NCBI GenBank assembly: GCA_951406725.2 | Contig: OX597832.1 | Span: 49,166,001-49,230,000, forward strand | From: Octopus vulgaris | Taxonomy: Eukaryota | DNA: 64,000 nt | Direction of reading: 5' to 3' | In this document: positions 41,075 through 54,867 of the stretch, piece by piece | Layout of the letters: each line of letters begins with the position of its first letter | How positions within the stretch are numbered: position 1 is the stretch's first letter | Position numbers and translations under genes: made by a program | The notes under the pieces: generated by a model | The model's input: the letters and a program-made list of their open reading frames with translations, nothing else | Told to the model about the DNA's origin: nothing | Database searches by the model: none

Positions 41075-41610
41075 GGTTGTAGTATTAGTGATGTGTTAGT
41101 TTCAAATATTCGAAGAATGCCACCAAATTCTAGGAGCGGGAGGCGAGGAGGGGATTTAGTCGACTACATGGACCCTTGCTTAACTGGTACTTGTTATATC
41201 GACAAGACAAAGTCGACCTCGGAGGAATTTGAACTCGTTTTGCAAAGTCGATATCGGAGGAATTTGAACTCCAGTGTTCTAACAATTCCGCCAGCTTAGT
41301 ATCAAGGATATTTTAAGTTTTCTATTCTTCGGCACAGGCATGGCTATGTGATTAATATTTAGGACACCGCAGTATCTCTAGAATCGTTTCTCTTGCCACA
41401 GTCCTGTTACCACAGGAGAGAAAAAAATTTCATATGTTGACAAGATGCACCTACAGTGCGCTAAAGGTTAAGAAGCTGGCTTTGTAACTACGTAGTTCTG
41501 GGTTCAGTGTCACTGCGCAAGACCTCGGGCAAGTGCCTTCTGCTATAGCCCTAGTTCAGACCAATGCCTTGTGAGTGAATTTGGAAGAGGAATAATGTGT
41601 GGAAGCTTAT

Positions 41611-41645
<35 letters not shown>

Positions 41646-41648
<3 letters not shown>

Positions 41649-41814
41649 AGGATAACATTTTTCGAAAAAAATTCTATCAATGGCCAGCATATTAAAAAAT
41701 GCCGTTATAGGTTAAATTTATAAAGAAGTGATGAATTATATGGTTATGGATGATGTGTCTAGTTTCGGCATATTTGGCTATAGAATTTTTTTTCTTTTGC
41801 CCTTGTTTATAAAT

Positions 41815-41852
<38 letters not shown>

Positions 41853-42200
41853 ACAAGATAAGGACAGAAGAAAAATTCTAATGCCAGATACGTTGGGTAT
41901 GAATAAGTATTTCATTTATATCTCGCGTATGTGCCGCTGAAGAGGGGAAAATGTCTTGTGAATTAACCTCGAAATTGGACCAATACGGTAATAACGAATT
42001 TTTTAGAGTTTTCTATCGGTTTATTTCGAGACGCATAAATTTAATGGTTATCGACAATTTTTTTTTGTTTCGGCGTATCTGACATTAGAATTTTTCTTCT
42101 GCCCTTATCTTGTAAATTATGTATAAATTTTACCTTTAAAGGCATTTTTTGATATGCTGGCCATTGATAAAAAATTTTTGCCGAAAAATTGTATCCTATA
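41646..42200. mobile_element. TA-flanked element with nested inverted repeats enclosing a hammerhead (Penelope pLTR-like)
   Basis: 41646-41722 pairs with 42122-42200; 41846-41892 pairs with 42074-42120. Confidence 0.75.
41932..41990 (+). ncRNA. Type I hammerhead ribozyme, intact core
   Basis: UGCCG CUGAAGA GGGG...CCUC GAAA UUG-GAC-CAA UA CGGUA. Confidence 0.82.
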
Positions 42201-42221
42201 CCAATTATATATATATATATG

Positions 42222-42255
42222 CAGGATGGTGCAAAAGTAGGTATGCAGTTATGAA
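42222..42255. mobile_element. Tc1/mariner-like TIR remnant
   Basis: caggatggtgcaaaagtaggtatgcagtt after a TA tract; similar end at 61741 (caagggtgggccaaaagt). Confidence 0.45.
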
Positions 42256-42517
42256 AAATGAAAATACGATCAATACTCATTTATTTTTACCAAAAAAATT
42301 AAAAGTTATGATAAAAGTATGATTAGTGACACTGAAAATATCAAAAATTTAATGCGCTAATAATTTTAATGAACTAAGTACTATAACTTTCATGTGATCC
42401 TTTTGCAACCGACAACTGATGAAGGATCCTTCCTCTGTGTTTACTTGTCCTGTTTTCCATATTTTCTCGTTGTTTACCTATTCCTTGTTATTTGCACCGT
42501 TGGTGATATCCAGTGCT

Positions 42518-42537
42518 TATATATACATGTATGTATG

Positions 42538-42580
<43 letters not shown>

Positions 42581-42756
42581 ATATACATATATATACATAT
42601 ATATATATATGTATGTATGTATATATACATATATATACATATATATATATACATATATATATACATATATATATATGTATATATTTATATATATACATAT
42701 ATATATATACATATATATACATATATATATACATATATATATATATATAAACATAT

Positions 42757-42851
<95 letters not shown>

Positions 42852-42926
42852 AATATATATATGTATATATACATACATATATATATATATATAAACACAT
42901 ATATATATATATAAACATATATATAT

Positions 42927-42972
<46 letters not shown>

Positions 42973-42987
42973 ATATATATATATATA

Positions 42988-43023
<36 letters not shown>

Positions 43024-43031
43024 TATATATA
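42518..43031. repeat. Long interrupted (TA)n tract
   Basis: Visible. Confidence 0.97.
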
Positions 43032-43399
43032 TTGTTTTGACTCATATACACTAGTGAATTTATTTAAAAAATTTACATCTATATAAACAAGCCTATTAAG
43101 GGCCTTAGTTCGAAAAAACAGATGCAATTCCATGTAAGGACTGCCAAATTACAAAAATATTGATTTCAAAAATACTTAAGTTTAGAAGTGTGGGCATTAA
43201 AAATTCAAATATATAATAAATATAATTTTAAAAAAACAATATTCAAATGGACATAATAATTAGATAAAGAAAATTTACAACGGTCATAAAATGTTCTTAT
43301 GGATCTCCAATAATATTAATCGAAAAGTATTTTAATCGAAAATAAATACTGGCCATTTTATAATATAATATCCATACCTGTATAATATATAATATATTA

Positions 43400-43770
43400 A
43401 AGATTTATGGTGAAGTAGGAAATATATTTTATCTACAATTACTATATTTATGAATGAAAAAGATAAATATATAGGGTTATATTAAATTCAGACACTAAAC
43501 TCAATAAAAAATTTCTAAATCACAATTCATTCACTCAGTATTTTTCGATGCAATACATCGATGTCAAACAAATGTATAAATTTACGATTATTATAAAACC
43601 ATACCAATTATTTTTTTTACATAATAATGATAATAATATGTAAGTAAATAAAGTATCAGAAATTTAATTAGTTTTCAGAAGAAAATAAATTGAGCTAATC
43701 CGATATTTTTATTCCATAAATTTATACGCGTATGCCAGTTCGAAAGAACATATTTTTACTATATCTAATA
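43400..43770 (+). pseudogene. Possible decayed Penelope-like GIY-YIG endonuclease
   Basis: Frameshifted NIFYLQ..KDKYIG..KKFLNHNSF..CQFERTYFY follows the motif order of Penelope endonucleases; very AT-rich, weak. Confidence 0.35.
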
Positions 43771-44240
43771 AAAATCGTAGGTACTACAATAAATATTCAT
43801 ATATGGATAATTATTCAAAAAGATTCATAATTATATATAATGATAATATATAATAATTACTCTCGTTTATTTATCCTTACATATATAGACATTATTCTAA
43901 GTAACTAACAAGTAAAAAATACAAATTTGATTAGTTTATCAGAGGAAATAACTCCGTAATCAAATGATATATTATATTATATTATATCTTTGATAGTATA
44001 TTATATGTTTTATAGTATTTTATAGTATATTATAATGTGAATAAAGTTTTAGTGTGTGTATCTTTGTGTCTGCTTTTGTCCCGTGCGCATGACAACCGAT
44101 CTATGAGTGTTTACGTGCTCGTAAAATAGCGGTTCGCAAAAGCAACCGATAGAATAAGTACTGGGGTGGATTCGTTCGACAAAAACTTTTCAAAGTACTC
44201 CAGCACGACCGCAATCAAATAACTGAAACAAATAAAAGAT

Positions 44241-44632
44241 AGGCGTAGGAGTGGCTTAACAACCACATGGTTCCGGGTTCAGTCCCACTGCGTGGCACCT
44301 TGGGCAAGTGTCTTCTACTAAAGTTTCGGGCCAACCAAAGCATTGTGAGTGGATTTGGTAGACGGAAACTGAAAGAAACCCGTCGTATATATGTATATAT
44401 ATATATGTATGTGTATGTGTTTGTGTGTCTGTGTTTTTCCCCCCAACATCGCTTGACGACCGATGCTGGTGTGTTTACGTCCCCGTAACTCAAGCGGTTC
44501 GGCAAAAGAGACCGATAGAATAAGTACTAAGCTTACAAAGAATAAGTCCTGGGGTCGATTTGCTCGACTAAAGGCGGTGCTCCAGCATGGCCGCAGTCAA
44601 ATGACTGAAACAAGTGAAAGAGTAAAAGAGTA
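44241..44632 (+). mobile_element. SINE family A inserted at the tail of an older relative
   Basis: Flanked by an ~48-bp duplication (44193-44241 and 44637-44684). Confidence 0.88.
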
Positions 44633-44984
44633 GGGAAGTACTCCAGCACGGCCGCAATCTAATAACTGAAACAAATAAAAGATAAAACGAGATATTTATT
44701 TAAAAAGTGCTTCCAAAATAAGTCTGTGAGTAAATATTTTGTTTTTGGCTTGTTTTTTTTGTCTTTTGTTCGTAACCTAAGTGGAATATCTTGTCGAAGG
44801 AACAGCACTCAAAACGTTAAACCAGCTGAAAGCTTTAGTATGTTTCGTTAAGAGCACTCCAAGTATTTTCTTCTACGATGCGCATGACCGGTTTCACCTT
44901 CTATTTGTATCTTGGTTTTTCTGCGTAAGCACAGCAAAAAATAGATTAAATGAAGAAAACAAAAGACCGATTCTTCTCTTCTAT

Positions 44985-45933
<949 letters not shown>

Positions 45934-46406
45934 CTGTGTATCGTACTTAATACAATAACGCGGAAAGCCAAATTAACAGCGACATTTGTCCGGAAGTAAT
46001 ATCTCTTACGGACGTACAGTTTTAAAAAAGACAAAGATACATCAGTAACAGATACAACTCACTCAGTAGGTGGCAGGAATGCTAGCGGCGTATTTCTGTT
46101 ATTTTAAGCTTCCTCTGCAGCATATACCCGCTGACAAACGCACGCCAAGACAAGATTTGTTATCACTGATATAGGAAAACAGCGATTCAAAAAGCCACTG
46201 ATATTGCAATTAACCGGTTGGTTGAATAAAAATTCACTATGTGCAACAGAAGCAATATTTCTTTGGAATAATTGTCCTTTTTCTTCTTATATAAGATACG
46301 TACCTTTCCACTCTACAACAAAGATTGAGGTGTATACCAAATACGATTTTACCCTTGTACAACACATACTAATTGTAAGTCTTACAATTCATACATTATC
46401 ATGTAT

Positions 46407-46487
<81 letters not shown>

Positions 46488-46763
46488 CATATATATATTA
46501 TCTATTATCATCTATACATATACATACACACACATATATATATATATATATACCATCTGTACATATATATATGTATATATATACATTCATATATATGTGT
46601 GTATATATATATATACATATATATGTGTCATATATATATAAGCATTCTTGACTGCTATATATATATATATATGCGGTATATATATATATATACACACATA
46701 TATATGTATATATATATATACACACACATATATGAATGTATATATATACATATATATATGTAC

Positions 46764-47134
46764 AGGTGGTCTTTTCCGCTCACGCGGGTACCACTCGACA
46801 ACTGCGTGCGTCCACCGATTATCGGTGAGTCGGGCGACGTGTCCAGCCCATCTATACTTGCTGCGTGTATACTCTGCTATGACATCTCTCACGCCGGACT
46901 TCTTTCTTAATGATCTTGCTACTTATGTGCTCTCTCAACGAGATACCAAGTATTGACCTTTCCATGGCTCTTTGAGTCGTTACCAGTCTTTGCTCTTCTC
47001 TCTTTGTGGTAGCCCATGTTTCACTACCATATAACATTGCAGGCAGAACTGCACTGTTAATGAGGTTGGCGCGGGTGGTCCTGTCCAACCTTCCCTTGAG
47101 CACATATCCCTTATGCCATTGAACGCCTTCCATC
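46764..47134 (-). pseudogene. RTE-clade LINE, post-RT segment
   Basis: WKAFNGI../VLPAMLYGSETWATTKREEQRL../[32 protein letters not shown] with two frameshifts. Confidence 0.9.
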
Positions 47135-47432
47135 AACAACAATGGCGAGCTCCTCACTCACCTCCGTTTCGCTGACGACATCGTACTCATCGCTAAAAAC
47201 ATGGATCAGCTTCAGACCATGCTGACGGAGCTCGACATCAAAAGTTCTGCAGTAGGTCTCAAGATGAACCGCATGAAAACAAAGTTCATGCGGTCAAACA
47301 ATGTACCAACAGGTCGAATGGTGATCGGCAGAGATGAAATAGAGGAGGTGAGGGAATATGTCTACCTGGGACAGGAAGTAAATATGTGCCGGGATATCAA
47401 AAAGGAGATTTCACGGAGAGTAAGGGCCGGAT
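47132..47432 (+). pseudogene. RTE-clade reverse transcriptase segment, inverted
   Basis: [51 protein letters not shown]. Confidence 0.92.
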
Positions 47433-47458
47433 ATATGTATATATATATATATATGTAT

Positions 47459-47489
<31 letters not shown>

Positions 47490-47492
47490 CAC

Positions 47493-47526
<34 letters not shown>

Positions 47527-47695
47527 TTTTTTTTAGTAAGCACTTTCAGGGAGATTCTTCTTAAAGTAGTAGAAATGGCTAAAGAAAATTCTTTTTGGCT
47601 GCTATTTCTAAAAATTTTAGTATGTGGCAAAGTAAATTATTTTACTGAGCCCTTAATTATATAAAGTAATATATATATATATATATGTTTCTATA

Positions 47696-47735
<40 letters not shown>

Positions 47736-48317
47736 ATTCATATATACATATGTGCGTGTTTGTGTATACGTGCGTGTAAGAAGCCCAATTTCAGCAGATG
47801 TAAAGATAGTCGCTGTACATTTTGTAAGCGATAACATCGTCACCAGGCAATATTAGTGGTTATAGTAGATTCTGCTTCGGTCTCATATTGCTAATGCCCG
47901 ATATTATTATCAACATTAAAATCTTATCTCTATATTCCTATGTCTTCTCCTGCAATATTTTTCTTCTGTTTTGTATTAATGAAATCTATATTATTTTATT
48001 ATTTTCTATCGAACCTTTCTCAGGTCCTCTTTTATTTTTTTTTTTTTGTCAGTAGTGAGATAAATTCGATATCTCACCTCTTGGGAAAGTCAGAAATAAT
48101 ATTTGATTTCCAGTAGAATAAACCTAGCTTAACCGTTTGCTTTGTCCATAACATTTTCATGAGTTTTTATTTTTTTTTTTTTTTCTAAATGTCCATGCTT
48201 CTCTTCAAACTTTTAGTTAACCCTTCGTACATACGTTCTGAATAATATAAAGCTTTCTTGTCATAAATCACCTCTTACGCTGGTCACTGAACCAAAGGGG
48301 GGAATATGTATTATATA

Positions 48318-48540
48318 CTAGCAGCATAGCCCGGCATTGCCCGGGTATGTAAGAGCCCTGGAGCAGACATGATGCTCACTGTGAATTTTTAAAAAATTCC
48401 TGCCAATTTGTGAAAGATATTGTCGAAAATATGTCATCTTGAATTTGAACGCGATTTCCCAAAATGGCATGATTTTATCGATTTTTGAACTCAAAACAGT
48501 TTTGTTCATGAATTCATGTGTAAATATATACCGGAATTAT
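48318..48540 (-). mobile_element. Helitron 3' end; 5' boundary uncertain
   Basis: Minus strand reads cccgggcaatgccggg hairpin then ctgCTAG|T. Confidence 0.7.
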
Positions 48541-48698
48541 TATTGTGTGTGTTTGTATGTATGTATGTATGCATGTATGTTACGTATATATATATATATA
48601 TATATATATATGTGGGGGGGTTGTGTGTGTGTGTTTGTGTGTGTGTGTGTGCGTGTGTGTGTGTGTGTTTGTGTGTATGTATGTGTGTGTGTGTGTGT

Positions 48699-48895
48699 TA
48701 CCACGTGTGTACCGTTGGCGATTTTTTCCTCCGTCTTCCCTTCTTTGGATCTTTCCATTTCCTATGTTTCTGACGAAGAGCTCCGCTCGAAACGTTAAAC
48801 CCTCCTTCTTTCCTGAGCGCCCAATAATACTATACTTGTTCCACGTCTTCGCGCTGTTGCGTTTTCTCTTTGTGTTTTCATGTATGGATTAACCA
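48699..48895 (+). mobile_element. Short hammerhead-bearing element between microsatellites
   Basis: Closely similar to 50735-50928; ends in (TA)n. Confidence 0.8.
48766..48800 (+). ncRNA. Minimal type I hammerhead, intact core
   Basis: GUUU CUGACGA A GAG-CUCCG-CUC GAAAC GUU AAAC; palindromic ACGU stem III. Confidence 0.78.
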
Positions 48896-48964
48896 TATAT
48901 ATACGTGTATATATATTTAGATAGATAGATAGATAATGTGCCTGAACATATGCACATGGGCGTT

Positions 48965-48996
<32 letters not shown>

Positions 48997-49039
48997 CACA
49001 CACATATAAAAATATATATACACATACATCTGCATAAAA

Positions 49040-49097
<58 letters not shown>

Positions 49098-49203
49098 GTT
49101 TTATCTCTAATTTAATTTATATTTATACTGTGAAATTTGATTTCATCCTAAATCTAATTTTTCCCTGTAAGTTTGGATATACTCCCTATTATTATTATTA
49201 TTA

Positions 49204-49256
<53 letters not shown>

Positions 49257-49325
49257 TGTGCGCTTGTGTGTGAGTGCGTGCGTGAGTGTGCGTGTGTATA
49301 TAATGTAGGTATGAATGTATGTATG

Positions 49326-49356
<31 letters not shown>

Positions 49357-49415
49357 CCATATGTATACAGATACATATATGCGTGTATATGTGAATGCAA
49401 TGCACTATTGCTACG

Positions 49416-49450
<35 letters not shown>

Positions 49451-50084
49451 AAATACTAATACTACTACCACTGTTGCTGTTGTTGCTGTTGCTGCTGCCG
49501 CCGCCCCTGCTGCCGCCGAGATTGTTTTACGCTAAACACTTCCATATGTTTTGCGTGACATATTAAATTTCATTCTTGAAATACACAACATACGCAGGAA
49601 TATTGCTATGACCTTTCCTCCAATCAGACGCAGAGAATATGGTATATCAGATCTACTCCCAGCTCGCCGCTAAAATATTAAAACTTCAATTCTGCTACGG
49701 GAAAAATGTCAATGTACATAAATATGTCAACTGGTTTAAAATCCATTTGGCAGATTTTAATAAACTCTTACTGATTTAGTGTGACTGCTTGTCTCATGAG
49801 GAATGATGTTCGCGAAGCAAATAGAGAAATCTTTGATTAAATACAATTTCTCCGAGAACAATGAATTCAACACTAGTCCGAATATTGCAGAGGAAGCGTG
49901 CTGTCAATAGCTAAGACCAAAGTTTACGATGTATTTTTCTTTTGTCGTTTATTATTTACTTGTTGCGACTGCCTTTAAGTTTTTTGCTGAAGGTTACAAC
50001 GCATCGCCTGGTTCAGGAATCGAACCCACAATCTTACAATCGTGAGCTCAACATCTTAACCACTAAGCCATGGGCCTCCATATA

Positions 50085-50315
50085 TATTTCTTTATTGCCC
50101 ACAAGGGGCTAAACATAGAGGGGACAAACATTGACAGACAAAGGGATTAAGTCGATTATATCGACCCAGTGCGAAACTGGTACTTTATTTATCGACCCCG
50201 AGAGGATGAAAGGCAAAGTCGACCCCGGCGGAATTTGAACTCAGAACGTAACGACAGACGAAATACCGCTAAGCATTTCGTCCGGCGCGCTAACGTTTCT
50301 GCCAGCTTGCCGCCT
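50085..50315 (-). mobile_element. Family B SINE with 15-bp TSD
   Basis: atgggcctccatata at 50070-50084 and 50316-50330. Confidence 0.92.
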
Positions 50316-50734
50316 ATGGGCCTCCATATAGTTTAACAGTCGGTTGAGCGCATTTCGACGGACATTCTACTGCTATTTTTATCAAGTCGAGCAAGAACAG
50401 GGGACAGTAATTTCCAAAGATTCTGTGGCCCCATCACCTTATTTCCCTCTGCTTAAAGTACACGTAACCATCGCTGAACTGAAATGGAGAAAATATAAGC
50501 TCTATATAAAAATCTGCTTTGTACTAAATGTATCCCTCATTCTCTCACCCACCTTCTATTCATAGAAAACTCGCTTTGATATTTTTAGTCTAGCGTGTTA
50601 GTTGAATTTTAAACACCTCGAAACGCATAATTACACTTAATGATATTCTAGACTGTTGCGACACCCCTGTGAGAAACGAATGCTATAGAAAGAACTTTTC
50701 TTCACCCATTTCCTTCCGGTCATTCAAAATTTGA

Positions 50735-50923
50735 CCGCGTGTGTACCGTTGGTGATTTTTTTTCCCTCTGTCTTCCCTTCTCTGGATCTTTCCTTCTCCT
50801 ATGTTTCCGACGAAGAGCTCCGCTCGAAACGTTAAACCCTCATTCTTTCCTGAGCGTCCAATAATACTATATTTGTTCCACTTCCTCGCGTTGTTGTTTT
50901 TTTGTGCTTTCTTGTTTGGATTA

Positions 50924-50928
<5 letters not shown>
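50735..50928 (+). mobile_element. Second copy of the hammerhead element; ribozyme at 50803-50837 with U4 to C
   Basis: gtttCCGACGAagagctccgctcGAAACGTTaaac, followed by (TA)n. Confidence 0.8.
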
Positions 50929-50979
<51 letters not shown>

Positions 50980-51442
50980 CGTGCGAATGATATAGAGGTG
51001 GTCCCTACAACAGCGTTATTATATAATGCCAGACCACAGGCGCAAGGTCCTACGATAATATTTCTAGTTTTGGCACAAGATCAGCAAATTCGAAGGGAAG
51101 ATCAGTCGATTATATCGAACCCATTGCTCAACTAGTTATTTTATTGCCCTCGAAGGGATGAAAGGCAGAGTTGATCCCCGGCGGAATTTGAACTAAACAT
51201 TTTTTCCGACGTGCTAACGATTCTGCCAGCTCTGCCACCTTCCAGAGACGAGGTGAATTATATGAAACGAGGGTGAATTAAGCTGCTGGTATTGATGTAA
51301 TCGTTTGTTGTGGTGATCCTTATCAGCCATAGCATCTTGAATCCTGTCCCTTCTAATCAGTTGAACTTGTCTTCTACAAGACTTAAAAATTCACGCATGC
51401 ACACACGCACACAGAAATCTAGTCTGATATTTCCTCCGATAA

Positions 51443-51720
51443 GGCCCGATAAAGTACGACCATCAGTCAGTAATACATAGTCAAAGCGATAAAGATGTTA
51501 GCTAAATCCTTTCTGCCCTTAAGGGAGAGCCTCTTTCTAAACAATTTCTGAGTGAGACATGCCACTCTATTCCGTTCTCTTCCCAGATTATATCCATTTA
51601 GAGGTGTACTCCAAACCAATTGCCAAGTACCTTAAGAAGACTGCTAGTCCAACGCATGGCCTTGCCTCTCTAGGTGTCGAGTTGCAAGCTCTTCGACCTG
51701 TGATGTTCAGTGCATATTCC
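51443..51720 (-). pseudogene. Tx1/L1-like LINE ORF2 fragment (post-RT)
   Basis: RWTSSLLKVLGNWFGVHL*MDIIWEE/RVACLTQKLFRKRLSLKGRKDLANIFIALTMYY, the LG.WFG..W..R.LSL.GR pattern of L1/Tx1. Confidence 0.8.
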
Positions 51721-51958
51721 TATTAGCTTTTGGCACTGCTCCAACGAGAGTCAGATAGGCAGAACTTTTAAAGCACCGAAGAAATGCTTCTTGGCATACT
51801 TCTTTAACCCGGCTTTTTATGTTTTCAGTTCAACTGCTGCCGAAGTTGACTTTGCCTTTCATCTTTTGGAACAACTGAGATTGATGTATTCGACTTACTT
51901 CCAACCCCCAAAATCGTTGGCCTTGAACCAAAATTTGAAACTATTCTTCTTCTTCTTC

Positions 51959-52023
<65 letters not shown>

Positions 52024-52025
<2 letters not shown>

Positions 52026-52298
52026 TCGGTAGTTTTATTTTTATAGCGTGCTTTCACTTCACTACCGAGCGCAGCTCTGTGTGCCTTGGGTATGTGCTGT
52101 GATTTGTTGTGATGCTCTGATGGTTATTGTATGGAAAGTGTTCTGCGTAGGATGTGGCCAGTGCCCAGCAGTGCAATTTTCTTTATGTTATATGTGTTTG
52201 TAAGTCCTGGTGTTTTTGTTATGTATTTGTCTGAATATTTTTTTATCATACCTAATGCGCCTACTATGATAGGGATTGTTTCTGTTTTTAGATTCCAC
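52024..52298 (-). pseudogene. R4/Dong-like LINE 3' end (RLE C-terminus and 3'UTR)
   Basis: WNLKTETIPIIVGALGMIKK..NIKKIALLGTGHILRRTLSIQ*; embedded in (TAA)n. Confidence 0.88.
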
Positions 52299-52364
<66 letters not shown>

Positions 52365-52558
52365 GCCGGCGAGCTGGCAGAATCGTTAGCACACACTGGG
52401 CGAAATGCTTAGAGGTATTTCATCTGTCATCATGTTCTAAGTTCAAGTTCCGCCTTCGGGGTCGATAACTTTAGTACCAGTAAAAGACTGGGGGGGTCGA
52501 TGAAATCGACTACCTCCTCCCACAAATTTCAGGCCTTGTGCCTTAATTAGAAAGGACA

Positions 52559-52643
<85 letters not shown>

Positions 52644-52820
52644 TTCTGGCAGAATCGTTAGGATGACGGGAAAAAAGCTTAGAAGCATCTCTCTTTGCCC
52701 TTAATGTTCTGAGTTCAAATTCCACCGAGGCCAACCTTGCCTTTCATCCGTTCAAAGTCTATAAAATAAGTACCCGTTGAGCACAAAAAAATATTGCAGG
52801 CTTGTGACAAGACTAGAAAC

Positions 52821-52880
<60 letters not shown>

Positions 52881-52915
52881 TACTATTATCATTATTATTA
52901 TTATTATTATTATTA

Positions 52916-53214
52916 TTTGCTTGACTTTTGCTTTACACTTGTACATGTTGGCTCCAAGTCTCACCCAGAGACCTCAAGAGACAACAAGTTGGAAGTACAT
53001 GTCGGTATTATGCCTAGGGTGCCATATATTTGGTTTTGTACATAGTGTTGTTCTAGAGAATGTTTAAGAAACCATAAGAAAATTGTTTGTTTAAAACTTG
53101 AGATTACATAGAAAGTATTTCGCGTAGAATATGAGCAGTTCCCATGAGCACTATCTTTTGAATTTCTGCCATTTTGGGGTTTCCTGGTATCTGAGCTAGG
53201 TAGCAAACACTATC
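52916..53214 (-). pseudogene. Second, distinct R4/Dong-like LINE 3' end
   Basis: YLAQIPGNPKMAEIQKIVLMGTAHILREILSM*; embedded in (TAA)n. Confidence 0.85.
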
Positions 53215-53231
53215 ATTATTATTTATTATTA

Positions 53232-53287
<56 letters not shown>

Positions 53288-53317
53288 CATTATTATTATC
53301 ATTATGATTATTATTAT

Positions 53318-53757
53318 TGAGTGAGAGAGCAGTGCATGACATCAAAGTGACACTGGGGTAAAATGTATGAAACCCAGTATACCCATCATGACTACCCGTC
53401 TGATAAGGGTACACCAGGCACATGCATCACAACCATATGTGCGCGACATGGTGATCCCACATCAAGATAAACAGCACATAACCTTGCAGGTGGGGCCCAG
53501 TTAGAATTATCTTCTGGTCGAGTAACCCATCCCACTCAAAAGGTCCCTGAATAAGGATTGTTTAAGGATGTTTCCAAAGGTGAATTATCCAAACCTCTAA
53601 AAATTCCTTTCAACACACGGCTATGATGCTCCCCCACTACTTCTGCTCGTGATCAGAGATGCACATATCGTCAGCCACTAAGGGACATGCTCAACTGGTT
53701 AAGGTCAAACAACTGACAAGCAAATCTGTGGTATTGAGCAGAATATTTGCTGTAGCC

Positions 53758-53760
<3 letters not shown>
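53318..53760 (-). mobile_element. (AAT)n-associated non-coding retroelement, 5' truncated
   Basis: Homologous to 62331-62708; ends ctctctcactc(aat)n. Confidence 0.75.
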
Positions 53761-53835
<75 letters not shown>

Positions 53836-53939
53836 TGTTGTCTTTCTTCCTTCTTTCTTCAAATATTCTTCCATTTCTCGCCGAGTGTTTTCAGTACACC
53901 TACGGCAAAGAAGCTCATAGTATGCATTCCCAAATTTCA

Positions 53940-53976
<37 letters not shown>

Positions 53977-54320
53977 GATTATTATTATTACTATTATTAT
54001 TATGATTGTTGTTGTTGTTGTTGTTATTATTATTATTATTATTATTATCATTATTGTCATTATTATTATTATCATTATTATTATTATTATTATCATTATT
54101 ATTATTATTATCATTATTATTATTATTATTATCGTTATTATTATTATTATTATCATTATTATTATTATTATCATTATTATTATTATTATTATCGTTATTA
54201 TTATTATTATTATCATTATTATTATCATCATCATCATTATTATTATTATCATTATTATTATTATTATCGTTATTATTATTATTATTATCATTATTATTAT
54301 TATCATTATTATCATTATTA

Positions 54321-54351
<31 letters not shown>

Positions 54352-54482
54352 CATTATTATTATTATCATCATCATCATCATCATCATCATCATATTGGCC
54401 ATATGAGCTGCTCGTAAAAATACAATGCATTTGCAAATATGTTGGGTGTAGCTTATTCCATAAACGGTGGGGGATCTGAGCA

Positions 54483-54520
54483 GGCGGGCGGGCGGGCGGG
54501 TGGAGGCGGAGGGGTGGGGG
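54483..54520 (+). other. G-quadruplex-capable / GC-box motif
   Basis: ggcgggcgggcgggcgggtggaggcggaggggtggggg. Confidence 0.6.
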
Positions 54521-54798
54521 CTTAACGAAGGCAAATATAATGAAACATCTGGATGTGCGGTGCTTGGTGAAGAGTACCGGTGCTGTTTACTTGTGCACTG
54601 CGTGACCCATTACGGCGCTATTTATGTGTGTTTTCCGCTTAGGCAGCAAACAGATGAAGGGAAACCTAGAACAAGAATCGGTGCTGCTACTACTACTGCT
54701 GCTACTACTTCTAACGCAGCAATAATATCGAGAACACTATCAGCAGCAACAACAACTACTACTACTACTACAACAACTACTACTACTACTACTACTAC

Positions 54799-54867
<69 letters not shown>

